This document shows, in pieces, positions 27,018 to 35,841 of a DNA stretch of 46,134 bases. Every line of letters starts with the position of its first letter. The stretch's first letter is position 1. The stretch is from the NCBI GenBank assembly GCA_964643205.1, contig CAZXST010000002.1, forward strand, positions 1 through 46,134. Reading direction: 5' to 3'. The notes beneath the pieces were generated by a model that worked only from the letters and a program-made list of their open reading frames with translations, made no database searches and was not told the origin of the DNA. The position numbers were made by a program, and so were the translations under genes. The DNA comes from an uncultured Flavobacteriaceae bacterium (GTDB lineage: Bacteria; Bacteroidota; Bacteroidia; Flavobacteriales; Flavobacteriaceae).

Positions 27018-28832
27018 ATGAAAGATATAATTCATTTATTGCCAGATAACGTGGCAAATCAAATAGCTGCAGGTGAAGTTGTACAAAGACCAGCATCTGT
27101 TGTAAAAGAATTATTAGAAAATTCTATTGATGCAAATGCTACTGAAATCATATTAATTGTCAAAAATTCCGGCAAGATATTAATTCAGGTAGTTGATAAT
27201 GGAACAGGAATGAGTTCAAATGATGCATCAATATGCTTTGATAGACATACCACTTCAAAAATAAAATCTGCAAAAGATCTTTTTAATATTCGATCTAAGG
27301 GGTTTAGAGGTGAGGCTTTGGCTAGTATTGCAGCGGTATCACATGTTGAATTAATAACAAGGCAATCTAAGGATGATCTTGGGAAAATTATTAAAATTCA
27401 AGCAAATAAGATAGTAGAGAATAAATCTACAGTTTCTAAAATTGGAACATCAATTGTAGTTAAGAACTTGTTTTATAATATTCCTGCAAGAAGAAATTTT
27501 TTAAAATCTGATAATGTTGAATTGAAACACATAATTAATGAGTTTCATAGAATTTCTATAGCTCACCCAGAAATTAAATTTATTTTTAATAACAATGACT
27601 CGGAATTATTTAATCTTCCAAAAAGTAATCTCCGAAAGAGAATAGTAAATATATTTGGAGCAAAATCAAATGAAAAATTAGTTCCTGTAAATGAGGAAAC
27701 TGATATTCTAAAAATTAATGGATTTGTATTTAAACCTGAATATTCAAAGAAATCCAGAGGTGAACAATTTTTCTTTGTTAATAATAGATTTATTAGGAGT
27801 CCATACCTCAATCATTCTGTAAATTCAGCATTTGAAGGATTAATTGATTTAAGATATAATCCATCATATTTCTTATTTATGGAAGTAGATCCAAAATCTA
27901 TTGACATAAATATTCATCCAACCAAAACAGAGATTAAGTTTGATGATGAGCATTCAATATATGCAATTTTAAGATCTTCAATTAAACATAGTCTAGGCCA
28001 ATTTAACATTGCTCCAATATTAGATTTTAGTCATGATAAAAGTATGGAAGTACCCTATTCTTATAGAAAGAAACATGAAATTCAAGGAGTTGGTATTGAT
28101 GTCAATGAGAATTATAACCCTTTTGATAATAATGCTATTAAATCTTCTAAAAACATGTATATCGATTTAGAGATGGATAAGAATAGAAAAATAGATAGCG
28201 ATTACTTAGATTCTTTTGAAGAGGACAGCAAGGTAAATACTTTAGATTTTAGTAATGACGATAATTTTGAATCAAATTCAGGTTACCAATTAAATAATAA
28301 ATATTTAGTAAATAAAATTAAGTCAGGAATTATAGTTGTAAATCAGAATAGAGCTCATCAAAGAGTATTGTATGAAAAATTCTTAAAGTTTATAACAATT
28401 GATGGATCTAAGCCTCAAAAATTACTTCATCCACTAGAAATAAACTTAGCAATTCAAGAGGTTGAAATATTAGTTAATTATAAAAAACAACTAAAGTTGT
28501 CAGGTTTTATTTTTAAAAAAATTTCAAAAAGTGATCTATTGTTTAAGGCGATCCCTACATTTTTAGATACAACAAGGGTAGAATCATATATACAGGATTT
28601 ATTAGATAATATAAAGGATGATATTCCAGACAAAAATTTTAGTCAGTCTGATTTAACTGCAAAATTGATGTCAAAGAGTCTAGCAATAAAAAATGGAAAG
28701 AAACTATTAAAAGATGAACAAGAATTTATAATAAATAGCCTATTTGCGTGTAAAGAGCCAACTGTCTCTCCTTTTAATAAAAAAATATATTTTACAATTA
28801 CATTTGAAGAACTTGAAAAGAAATTCATCTAA
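27018..28832 (+). CDS. mutL: DNA mismatch repair protein MutL
   Basis: 604 aa. GHKL ATPase N-terminus (NQIAAGEVVQRPASVVKELLENSIDA, VVDNGTGM, GFRGEALASI, DINIHPTK), an N/D/S-rich linker and a C-terminal dimerisation domain. The C-terminal endonuclease motifs look substituted (see findings). Confidence 0.96.
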   Translation: MKDIIHLLPDNVANQIAAGEVVQRPASVVKELLENSIDANATEIILIVKNSGKILIQVVDNGTGMSSNDASICFDRHTTSKIKSAKDLFNIRSKGFRGEALASIAAVSHVELITRQSKDDLGKIIKIQANKIVENKSTVSKIGTSIVVKNLFYNIPARRNFLKSDNVELKHIINEFHRISIAHPEIKFIFNNNDSELFNLPKSNLRKRIVNIFGAKSNEKLVPVNEETDILKINGFVFKPEYSKKSRGEQFFFVNNRFIRSPYLNHSVNSAFEGLIDLRYNPSYFLFMEVDPKSIDINIHPTKTEIKFDDEHSIYAILRSSIKHSLGQFNIAPILDFSHDKSMEVPYSYRKKHEIQGVGIDVNENYNPFDNNAIKSSKNMYIDLEMDKNRKIDSDYLDSFEEDSKVNTLDFSNDDNFESNSGYQLNNKYLVNKIKSGIIVVNQNRAHQRVLYEKFLKFITIDGSKPQKLLHPLEINLAIQEVEILVNYKKQLKLSGFIFKKISKSDLLFKAIPTFLDTTRVESYIQDLLDNIKDDIPDKNFSQSDLTAKLMSKSLAIKNGKKLLKDEQEFIINSLFACKEPTVSPFNKKIYFTITFEELEKKFI

Positions 28833-28841
28833 TAAAATAAC

Positions 28842-29585
28842 ATGAGACTAACGGAAACAGTAAAGCAGCTATTAATTATAAACATTATAATGTTTATAGG
28901 AACCTTATTATCCGGAGATGTAGCTTTTTCTCTATTTGGCTTGCATTTCCCCAAAAGTTTATCTTTTCATTTTTGGCAAGTAATATCGCATATGTTTATG
29001 CATGGCAGTATGTCACATATTTTATTTAATATGCTTGCTTTATGGATGTTTGGAGTTTCAATTGAAGGAGTTTTAGGATCAAAAAGATTTTTATTTTTTT
29101 ATATATCATGTGGTCTTGGTGCTGCAATTATTCAAATAACTTTTTTGTATTTCAATTTTTATTCAAATCTAGAAACATTAATTAATGCGGGATATGATTC
29201 TTCTCAAATATTTGAAATTTTAAATCAGGGAAAATATAGTACTGCATGGTCTGGAGTATTAGGAGATAGTAATTTATTAAGTTTTATGTCATCTTTTAAT
29301 TCACTAATGGTTGGCGCTTCCGGAGCAATAATGGGAGTTTTGGTTGCTTTTGGTATGTTTTTCCCAGAAAGTAAATTGATGTTGATATTTTTTCCAATCC
29401 CAATAAAGGCTAAATATTTTATTCCTGGAATTATTATTTTAGATTTAATTTCAGCAATTTCTGGTTTTTCTTTTTTTAGCCCTAGCAATACAGCTTATGT
29501 AGCACATTTAGGTGGAGCTTTGACAGGATTTTTAATAATGTATTATTGGAAAAGAAATCAATTCAATAGTAATCGTTGGTATTAA
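28842..29585 (+). CDS. rhomboid-family intramembrane serine protease
   Basis: 247 aa. TM2 HGSMSHILFN (HxxxxHxxxN), TM4 GASGAIMG (GxSG) and TM6 AHLGGALTG. Confidence 0.85.
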   Translation: MRLTETVKQLLIINIIMFIGTLLSGDVAFSLFGLHFPKSLSFHFWQVISHMFMHGSMSHILFNMLALWMFGVSIEGVLGSKRFLFFYISCGLGAAIIQITFLYFNFYSNLETLINAGYDSSQIFEILNQGKYSTAWSGVLGDSNLLSFMSSFNSLMVGASGAIMGVLVAFGMFFPESKLMLIFFPIPIKAKYFIPGIIILDLISAISGFSFFSPSNTAYVAHLGGALTGFLIMYYWKRNQFNSNRWY

Positions 29586-30356
29586 ATGGAAAGTTTATAC
29601 TCGGATATATCATATAGACTTAGAAATTCAAATATATTTGAAAAAATAATTTCTTTAAATATTGCTGTTTATATTTCCTATTTAATTCTGGATATCTTCA
29701 ACTTAACATACATTAATGAATATTTTGCATTAACTAGTGATTATTTGTCTAGTCCGTGGTCAATAATAACCTATGCTTTTATTCATCAAGGTTTTTATGA
29801 GTTACTATTTATGTCAATCATGATTTATTATTCATCTTCAAAACTTATCAATTTATATGGTGAAAAAATTCCACTTAGAATATTTTTTACTGGGATAATT
29901 ATTGGAGGCTTATTTTTTCTTCTTTTATATAATGGGAATGGACCATTAATAGGATCTTCAGCGGGAACTTATGCTTTATTATTTTTTATGTTTTGCTATA
30001 TTCCCAATCATCTTATAAAAGTTTCATTTATAAAATTTGAATTTAAGTATATAATGTTTCTACTTTTTTTTATGGACATTATAAGACTACTTGCGAATAA
30101 GACGCTTGATGGAGGTGCTATTGCACATCTTGGAGGATATTTAGCAGGTTTTTATCATTATGCTTCACTCTATGGAATAGGAGATTTCAAACGATTCTAC
30201 AAACGTCATAAACCAAGTAATAAGAAAAATGAATCTCCAGCTGATTTTTCTAAGCAGAAAAAAATTGATATAATTTTAGATAAGATAAGCAAGAGCGGCT
30301 ATGATAGCTTAAGTAAAAGCGAAAAGGAATATTTGTTTAAATCAGGCAAAGAATAA
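29586..30356 (+). CDS. rhomboid-like membrane protein with degenerate TM2/TM4 motifs and a soluble C-terminal tail
   Basis: 256 aa, starting the base after the previous stop. TM6 AHLGGYLAG is retained. TM4 reads GSSAGTYA and TM2 reads HQGFYELLFM. The tail is ...KIDIILDKISKSGYDSLSKSEKEYLFKSGKE. Confidence 0.62.
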   Translation: MESLYSDISYRLRNSNIFEKIISLNIAVYISYLILDIFNLTYINEYFALTSDYLSSPWSIITYAFIHQGFYELLFMSIMIYYSSSKLINLYGEKIPLRIFFTGIIIGGLFFLLLYNGNGPLIGSSAGTYALLFFMFCYIPNHLIKVSFIKFEFKYIMFLLFFMDIIRLLANKTLDGGAIAHLGGYLAGFYHYASLYGIGDFKRFYKRHKPSNKKNESPADFSKQKKIDIILDKISKSGYDSLSKSEKEYLFKSGKE

Positions 30357-30360
30357 TCCT

Positions 30361-31392
30361 ATGAAAAAATTAAATGTCTTTGATAAATTAATATATATTC
30401 TTAACTCATTTTTTGCTTTTATATTAATCTTATCATATTTAATACCCCAGATAAAACCATCTATTCTATCAAGTCTTTCACTGCTAAGTCTATTAATACC
30501 AATAATTTTTGTTGTCAATATATTATTTGTTGTTTACTGGAGTGTTAAGCTAAAGAGACAGTTTCTTTTGTCTTTTATTATATTATTATTGGGGTTCAAT
30601 TATGTAAAATCATTTATAAATTTTTCAAATAATTCTGAATATGTTGGAGGTGATAAAATTTCAGTAATGAGTTATAACATTAATGTATTTAATTATAATA
30701 AATTTAATAATGAATTAGAACAAAAGTTAAGTAGAGATAGTATAATAGAATATAGTAGTAAACAAGGTATAGATATTATTAGTTTTCAAGAATACAGTAA
30801 TAAATTTTCATTTGAATTAGAATCTTATCCTTATAAATTTGAGTCTGTTAGAGGAGGACATCTTAGTTTTGGTCAGGCAACATTTTCTAAATTTCCTATA
30901 TATTCATCTGGAACTATAAAATTTGAAAATTCTAACAATGGCGCAATTTTTACTGATATCATAATAAATAGAGATACGATAAGAGTATATAATGCACATT
31001 TACAATCTTTTAAGTTTGATAAGCGTTTAAATGTTCCAGTTATAGATAATGCAGAAGAACTAATAATAGATTTGAATAATACCTTTCAAAAACAACAGAG
31101 TCAAGCTGAAATTTTATTGTTTCATATGAGTAATTCGCCCTATAAAGTAGTAGTATCAGGAGATTTCAATAATACAGCTTTTTCATATGTATATAATTTG
31201 ATTAAATCAGATTTAAAGGATTCTTTTGTTGAAAAAGGAAATTTTTTAGGTCAGACATATAGTTTCAATTCGATTCCTTTAAGAATAGATTTTATCATGG
31301 TTGATAAGTCATTTAAGGTAAATGATTTTAAAACAGATAAAGTTGATTTTACAGATCATTACCCAATTATTTCAAAATTTAGTATTAACTAG
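30361..31392 (+). CDS. membrane-anchored endonuclease/exonuclease/phosphatase (EEP) family protein
   Basis: 343 aa. About 3 N-terminal TM helices, then EEP catalytic contexts VMSYNINVFN, ISFQEY, VSGDFNNT and TDHYPI. Confidence 0.75.
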   Translation: MKKLNVFDKLIYILNSFFAFILILSYLIPQIKPSILSSLSLLSLLIPIIFVVNILFVVYWSVKLKRQFLLSFIILLLGFNYVKSFINFSNNSEYVGGDKISVMSYNINVFNYNKFNNELEQKLSRDSIIEYSSKQGIDIISFQEYSNKFSFELESYPYKFESVRGGHLSFGQATFSKFPIYSSGTIKFENSNNGAIFTDIIINRDTIRVYNAHLQSFKFDKRLNVPVIDNAEELIIDLNNTFQKQQSQAEILLFHMSNSPYKVVVSGDFNNTAFSYVYNLIKSDLKDSFVEKGNFLGQTYSFNSIPLRIDFIMVDKSFKVNDFKTDKVDFTDHYPIISKFSIN

Positions 31393-31993
31393 TTTTTAAG
31401 AAATTAATTGCATTAGGACCTTCATTAAAAATTAAATCTAAAACGGATAAATTATTTATAAATCCATGTTTTGACTGGAATACTTGGGTGTATTTACTTA
31501 TTTCAATTTCATTAAAATTAAAATTTTCAGAGTTTATTCTGTAATCTGACATACCAGAATAATTTTCTTCATAAGAACTCGTAAAGTCATATTCTAAATC
31601 AATTTGTAACATTCCAAGTAAAAGATTTATAGATTTTAGATTTAAGTCAACTAAATATTTTTCTTTTTTGTTATACAGGGATTTTAATTTGTCTTCAAAA
31701 AATTCAAAGAAGGGTGAGCTCCTGTATGAAATTTCAAGTGATTTCCAGTGTTGACTTAGCCAATCTTGATCATATGAAATTTTAACGTCTTTAAATATTT
31801 TTCTATTTTTTTGAGAATGAATTACTGGAACGGACAATAACAGTTTACCATTAGCTCCATATATGTAAGTTCTATTTCTGCAAGTTTGTTTTTGATAATT
31901 ATCATTAATTTCAAAAGTCACTTTTTTTGAATTAACTAATAAAAAAAAATTTGAGATATTAGGGAGATAATGAGGGTGAAATAATGTATTCAT
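31385..31993 (-). CDS. WbqC-family protein
   Basis: 202 aa. HPHYLPNISNF...FEINDNYQKQTCRNRTYIYGANGKLLLSVPV matches the WbqC-like family. It follows lepB with no gap. Confidence 0.75.
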   Translation of the reverse strand: MNTLFHPHYLPNISNFFLLVNSKKVTFEINDNYQKQTCRNRTYIYGANGKLLLSVPVIHSQKNRKIFKDVKISYDQDWLSQHWKSLEISYRSSPFFEFFEDKLKSLYNKKEKYLVDLNLKSINLLLGMLQIDLEYDFTSSYEENYSGMSDYRINSENFNFNEIEISKYTQVFQSKHGFINNLSVLDLIFNEGPNAINFLKTS

Positions 31994-33571
31994 CTATTTT
32001 TTTGTTTTTCTCCACCATTTTTGATAATTATTATAATCAATACTTAATAGCCAAAAAATTAATAGAATTGTCATAAATCCAAAAAACAGATTAATTGGGC
32101 CACCCGTTCCATTAATAGAAGTAAATAGCCTATTCCATCTAATTTTATTAAGTCCTTTTGCATTTGAATCCCAACTAAACCACTTAAAAACTGGTTTACC
32201 CACAACATGATCAAATGGGACAAATCCCCATGATCTTGAATCTTGAGAATTCCCCCTATTGTCTCCCATCAGCCAATAATAGTCTTGTTTAAAGGTGTAT
32301 TCTGAAACTTCTATATTATTTATATATATTTTATTTTCTTTGATTACTAAATCATTATTTTCATATACATCGATAAGACGCTTATACAAAGGAATATTAT
32401 TGCTATTTATTTCTATTGTTTTCCCTTTTTTTGGAATGTAGATTGGTCCAAAAAAGTCATTGTTCCAGTTATAATTTTCATTTTGAGGGAAAACAGTTGA
32501 ATCCCTATACCCCTCTGGAAGAGTATCTTTAGCAATCCATTCAACATTAGGATGATATTTAAATTTGCTTAATGCAGTATCACTAATACCCATAAACTTA
32601 TAAGTGTTATTTCGATTAATGATACCAAATGCATCAGTAATGTCATACTTATTAATCATTACCTTTTTACTAAACCTATTCCTTTTGGGTTGAACTAAAT
32701 ATGAAAATTGAAGTTTAGCTTCATCAGGAAGTTTATTCTTTTCTCCATTTATATATACATAGCCGTTTATTACCTCTAATGTGTCTCCAGCAATACCCAC
32801 AGCTCTTTTTACATAATTTGTTTTTTTATCTATAGGTTTGTAATAGTTCTTATCAGTAAAAAACATATTAACCATTGTATCAACAGGCCAATTGAAGACT
32901 ACAATATCATTATTCTTTATTTTTTGGTAACCAGGGAATCTTAAATATGGAAGCTCAGATATTATGGGGATTTGTTCTTTATTTATATATGATTTTGTTT
33001 TTACAAATGGAAGCGTGTCATGTACCATTGGGGCAGCTATTGTAGTCATAGGAATTCTAGCTCCATAGTTGACTTTACTAACAAACAGAAAGTCCCCTAC
33101 AAGTAATGTTTTTTCTAATGAAGATGTAGGAATTGTATAGGGCTGGATAAAATATGTATGGATTATTGTTGCTGCTACAATTGCAAATATTAATGAACTA
33201 GTCCATTCACCATTTGAGCTTTTTGGATTTGTATCTCTATTAGTTACATATTTAACATCTGTAAAATAGTTTAGATAATAATTATAAAAACCTAGACTTA
33301 CAATTGATAATAAAGTATCTGTATAACTGTTTTTCCCAAAACTTCTTGATAATTCCACCCATATTACAGGAATCATTATGACATTAATAACAGGTAATAT
33401 TAAAAGGAAAATCCACCATTTGGATCTATTAATTATCTTCATTAAGATAATTATACTATAAATAGGTATAAATGCTTCCCATGATTTATAGCCAGCTTTA
33501 GAATAAAGTTTCCAGGTGCCTAATCCATGAATTAGATGAATAATTAATAAAAAAAGCAGCAAATTTTCCAT
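31994..33571 (-). CDS. lepB: signal peptidase I with an N-terminal DUF5684-like membrane extension
   Basis: 525 aa. S26 motifs PTSSLEKTLLVGDFLFVSK (Ser), YVKRAVGIAGD (Lys) and GDNRGNSQDSRSWGFVP. The first ~100 aa (WKLYSKAGYKSWEAFIPIYSIIILMKIINRSKWW) resemble the stand-alone DUF5684 family. Confidence 0.9.
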   Translation of the reverse strand: MENLLLFLLIIHLIHGLGTWKLYSKAGYKSWEAFIPIYSIIILMKIINRSKWWIFLLILPVINVIMIPVIWVELSRSFGKNSYTDTLLSIVSLGFYNYYLNYFTDVKYVTNRDTNPKSSNGEWTSSLIFAIVAATIIHTYFIQPYTIPTSSLEKTLLVGDFLFVSKVNYGARIPMTTIAAPMVHDTLPFVKTKSYINKEQIPIISELPYLRFPGYQKIKNNDIVVFNWPVDTMVNMFFTDKNYYKPIDKKTNYVKRAVGIAGDTLEVINGYVYINGEKNKLPDEAKLQFSYLVQPKRNRFSKKVMINKYDITDAFGIINRNNTYKFMGISDTALSKFKYHPNVEWIAKDTLPEGYRDSTVFPQNENYNWNNDFFGPIYIPKKGKTIEINSNNIPLYKRLIDVYENNDLVIKENKIYINNIEVSEYTFKQDYYWLMGDNRGNSQDSRSWGFVPFDHVVGKPVFKWFSWDSNAKGLNKIRWNRLFTSINGTGGPINLFFGFMTILLIFWLLSIDYNNYQKWWRKTKK

Positions 33572-33600
33572 TACATAATATTATATATCAATGACTTTTT

Positions 33601-33608
33601 CAAAATTA
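33601..33608 (-). promoter_or_regulatory. candidate -7 box (TAATTTTG on the minus strand) for lepB-wbqC
   Basis: Plus-strand CAAAATTA is an exact reverse-complement match, 29 nt upstream of the lepB ATG (33571). Confidence 0.3.
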
Positions 33609-33657
33609 AGTTATTGAAAAGTAATTAATAATAAATACTTGTTAAAAATAATATAAT

Positions 33658-34206
33658 TTATAATTTCAATTTTAGTGATAATGAAACATTGGATGTTGAA
33701 TTTATTTCATTATAATTTAATTTCGGACTTAAGGTAAGGTTCTCATCAAGATTATATTGAAGTAAATGAGCATCAACATTTGCATCTATAATATTTAATG
33801 CATAAATTCCTATGGTTACAAGAATAGATAATTCTTTGTTCCTTTTTAGACTTTTCTGAGCTCTAATTAAACCATCATTTGAAATTGCAGGAACAGTTCC
33901 ATCTCCATAAAACTCATCATCAGTAAAACCAGCTAGTCTTCTTTTATAGGCATCTCTATAGTCATGATATAAATCATTATTATGATTATAATAATATATC
34001 CCTGCTGCTAATGCTCCATAAACTATTGGGACTTTCCAATATTTTTTATTATAAACCTGTCCTAAACCAGGTAAAACAGCTGAATAAAATGCTGCCTTTG
34101 CAGGACCTAAAACCTTCTTTTCTTCATCGTCCTTATTATTTTGACAAAAAATAATTTGGCTTGAAAAGAAAAATATTAATATGATTATAATATTTCTATG
34201 AATCAT
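33658..34206 (-). CDS. DUF5683 domain protein
   Basis: 182 aa. Signal peptide, then AAFYSAVLPGLGQVYNKKYWKVPIVYGALAAGIYYY, the hallmark of Bacteroidota DUF5683. 11-nt overlap with parB. Confidence 0.65.
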   Translation of the reverse strand: MIHRNIIIILIFFFSSQIIFCQNNKDDEEKKVLGPAKAAFYSAVLPGLGQVYNKKYWKVPIVYGALAAGIYYYNHNNDLYHDYRDAYKRRLAGFTDDEFYGDGTVPAISNDGLIRAQKSLKRNKELSILVTIGIYALNIIDANVDAHLLQYNLDENLTLSPKLNYNEINSTSNVSLSLKLKL

Positions 34207-35077
34207 TTAATTTTTTATTAATTTTTTTAAATTCAGCTTCTGACTTGAAGGGAATAATTATTTTCCCTTTATTATTCTTAGATACATTTATTCTTACTGA
34301 CGTTTTGAATATCTCAGATAATTTGGTAATTGCATCTGAAATGTATTTTGGTTTATCAATTGATTTCTTTACTATTTTATAATTTTTATAATTTTTTACA
34401 AGTTTTTCAGTATTTCTTACAGAAAGATTTTTTGAAATGATAATTTCATAAACTTTGATTTGATCTAATTTATTTTCAATATTAATTATAGATCTTCCAT
34501 GTGCCATTGATATGAAACCATCTTTTATTCCACTTTGAATTATTGGACTCAATTTTAAGAGTCTTAGATAATTTGCAATTGTTGTTCTGTCTTTGCCAAT
34601 TTTATTACTTAATTCTTCTTGTGTCAGATTAATTTCGTCAATAAGTCTTTTATATGAAATGGCAATTTCTATTGCATCTAAATCTTGTCTGTGTATATTC
34701 TCAATTAGTGCCATTTCTAAGGATTCTTGATCATTGGCAGTTCTTATATATGCTGGAATAGTTTCAAACTTCAAGTTTTTACATGCTTTCAATCTTCTTC
34801 CACCTGAAATTAATTGATATGAATTCTCTTTTATTTTTCTTACTGTTATTGGTTGTATTATTCCAATATTTTTAATTGAAGTACTAAGTTCTTTTAGAGT
34901 TTCTTCATTAAAATTAGATCTCGGCTGGTATGGGTTTACAGCTATTAGATTTATATCTATATTATCAATAGTTGATTTTTTTTTCCTAAAATTTAAAGAG
35001 TTATTTAAATTTGAATCTTTATTAAGATTTGAAGATAATCCTCTACCAAATGCTTCTATTTTCGTTGCCTTTGCCAT
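34196..35077 (-). CDS. parB: chromosome partitioning protein ParB
   Basis: 293 aa. NPYQPR, IIQPITVR, LISGGRRLKA and HTH TQEELSNKIGKDRTTIANYLRLL. 1-nt overlap (TAATG) with parA. Confidence 0.93.
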   Translation of the reverse strand: MAKATKIEAFGRGLSSNLNKDSNLNNSLNFRKKKSTIDNIDINLIAVNPYQPRSNFNEETLKELSTSIKNIGIIQPITVRKIKENSYQLISGGRRLKACKNLKFETIPAYIRTANDQESLEMALIENIHRQDLDAIEIAISYKRLIDEINLTQEELSNKIGKDRTTIANYLRLLKLSPIIQSGIKDGFISMAHGRSIINIENKLDQIKVYEIIISKNLSVRNTEKLVKNYKNYKIVKKSIDKPKYISDAITKLSEIFKTSVRINVSKNNKGKIIIPFKSEAEFKKINKKLNDS

Positions 35078-35841
35078 TATGAATTATTTAGTATCAATTC
35101 TCTTGCCAAACTTAAATAATTATTAGTCTCAGTATTACTAGCATCGTAATCTAATATATTTCCTACATGGCTAGGAGCTTCACCAAGTTTTATATTTCTA
35201 TGGATAATAGTTTTAAATACCATCTCACTAAAATGTAATTTAACTTCTTTTTTTATCTGATTTGATGATTTAAGCCTGGGATCATACATAGTGAGAAGCA
35301 TTCCTTCTATTGATAAATTTTTATTATGTATTTTTTGAATACTTTTTATTGTATTCAGAAGTTTACCTAGTCCTTCTATGGCAAAATATTCACATTGAAT
35401 TGGGATAATAACAGAATTTGAAGTTGTTAATGCATTCATAGTTAATAATCCCAGAGAAGGGGGGCAGTCTATTATAATATAGTCATATTTTTCTTCAATC
35501 TTATTGATAGCATTCATTAGTATTTGTTCTCTGTCGATTAAATCTATAGACTCAATTTCAATACCAACTAGGTCAATATGAGAAGGTATAATATCTAGAT
35601 TGATAATTGCAGTCTGATGGATACAATCTGATACAGATGATGATTTCTCGAATAATTTATATATGCCATTTTCAATTATATCTTTTTCTATGCCTAATGA
35701 AGAAGTAGCATTTGCCTGAGGGTCAAGATCAATCAATAGAACTTTTTTTTCTAATACAGTTAAGCAAGAAGATAAATTAACGGCTGTTGTTGTTTTTCCA
35801 ACCCCTCCTTTTTGATTAGATATTGCAATTACTTTTGCCAT
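35077..35841 (-). CDS. parA: chromosome partitioning ATPase ParA (Soj)
   Basis: 254 aa. Deviant Walker A NQKGGVGKTTTAVNL, LLIDLDPQANAT and IIIDCPPSLG. Confidence 0.95.
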   Translation of the reverse strand: MAKVIAISNQKGGVGKTTTAVNLSSCLTVLEKKVLLIDLDPQANATSSLGIEKDIIENGIYKLFEKSSSVSDCIHQTAIINLDIIPSHIDLVGIEIESIDLIDREQILMNAINKIEEKYDYIIIDCPPSLGLLTMNALTTSNSVIIPIQCEYFAIEGLGKLLNTIKSIQKIHNKNLSIEGMLLTMYDPRLKSSNQIKKEVKLHFSEMVFKTIIHRNIKLGEAPSHVGNILDYDASNTETNNYLSLARELILNNS

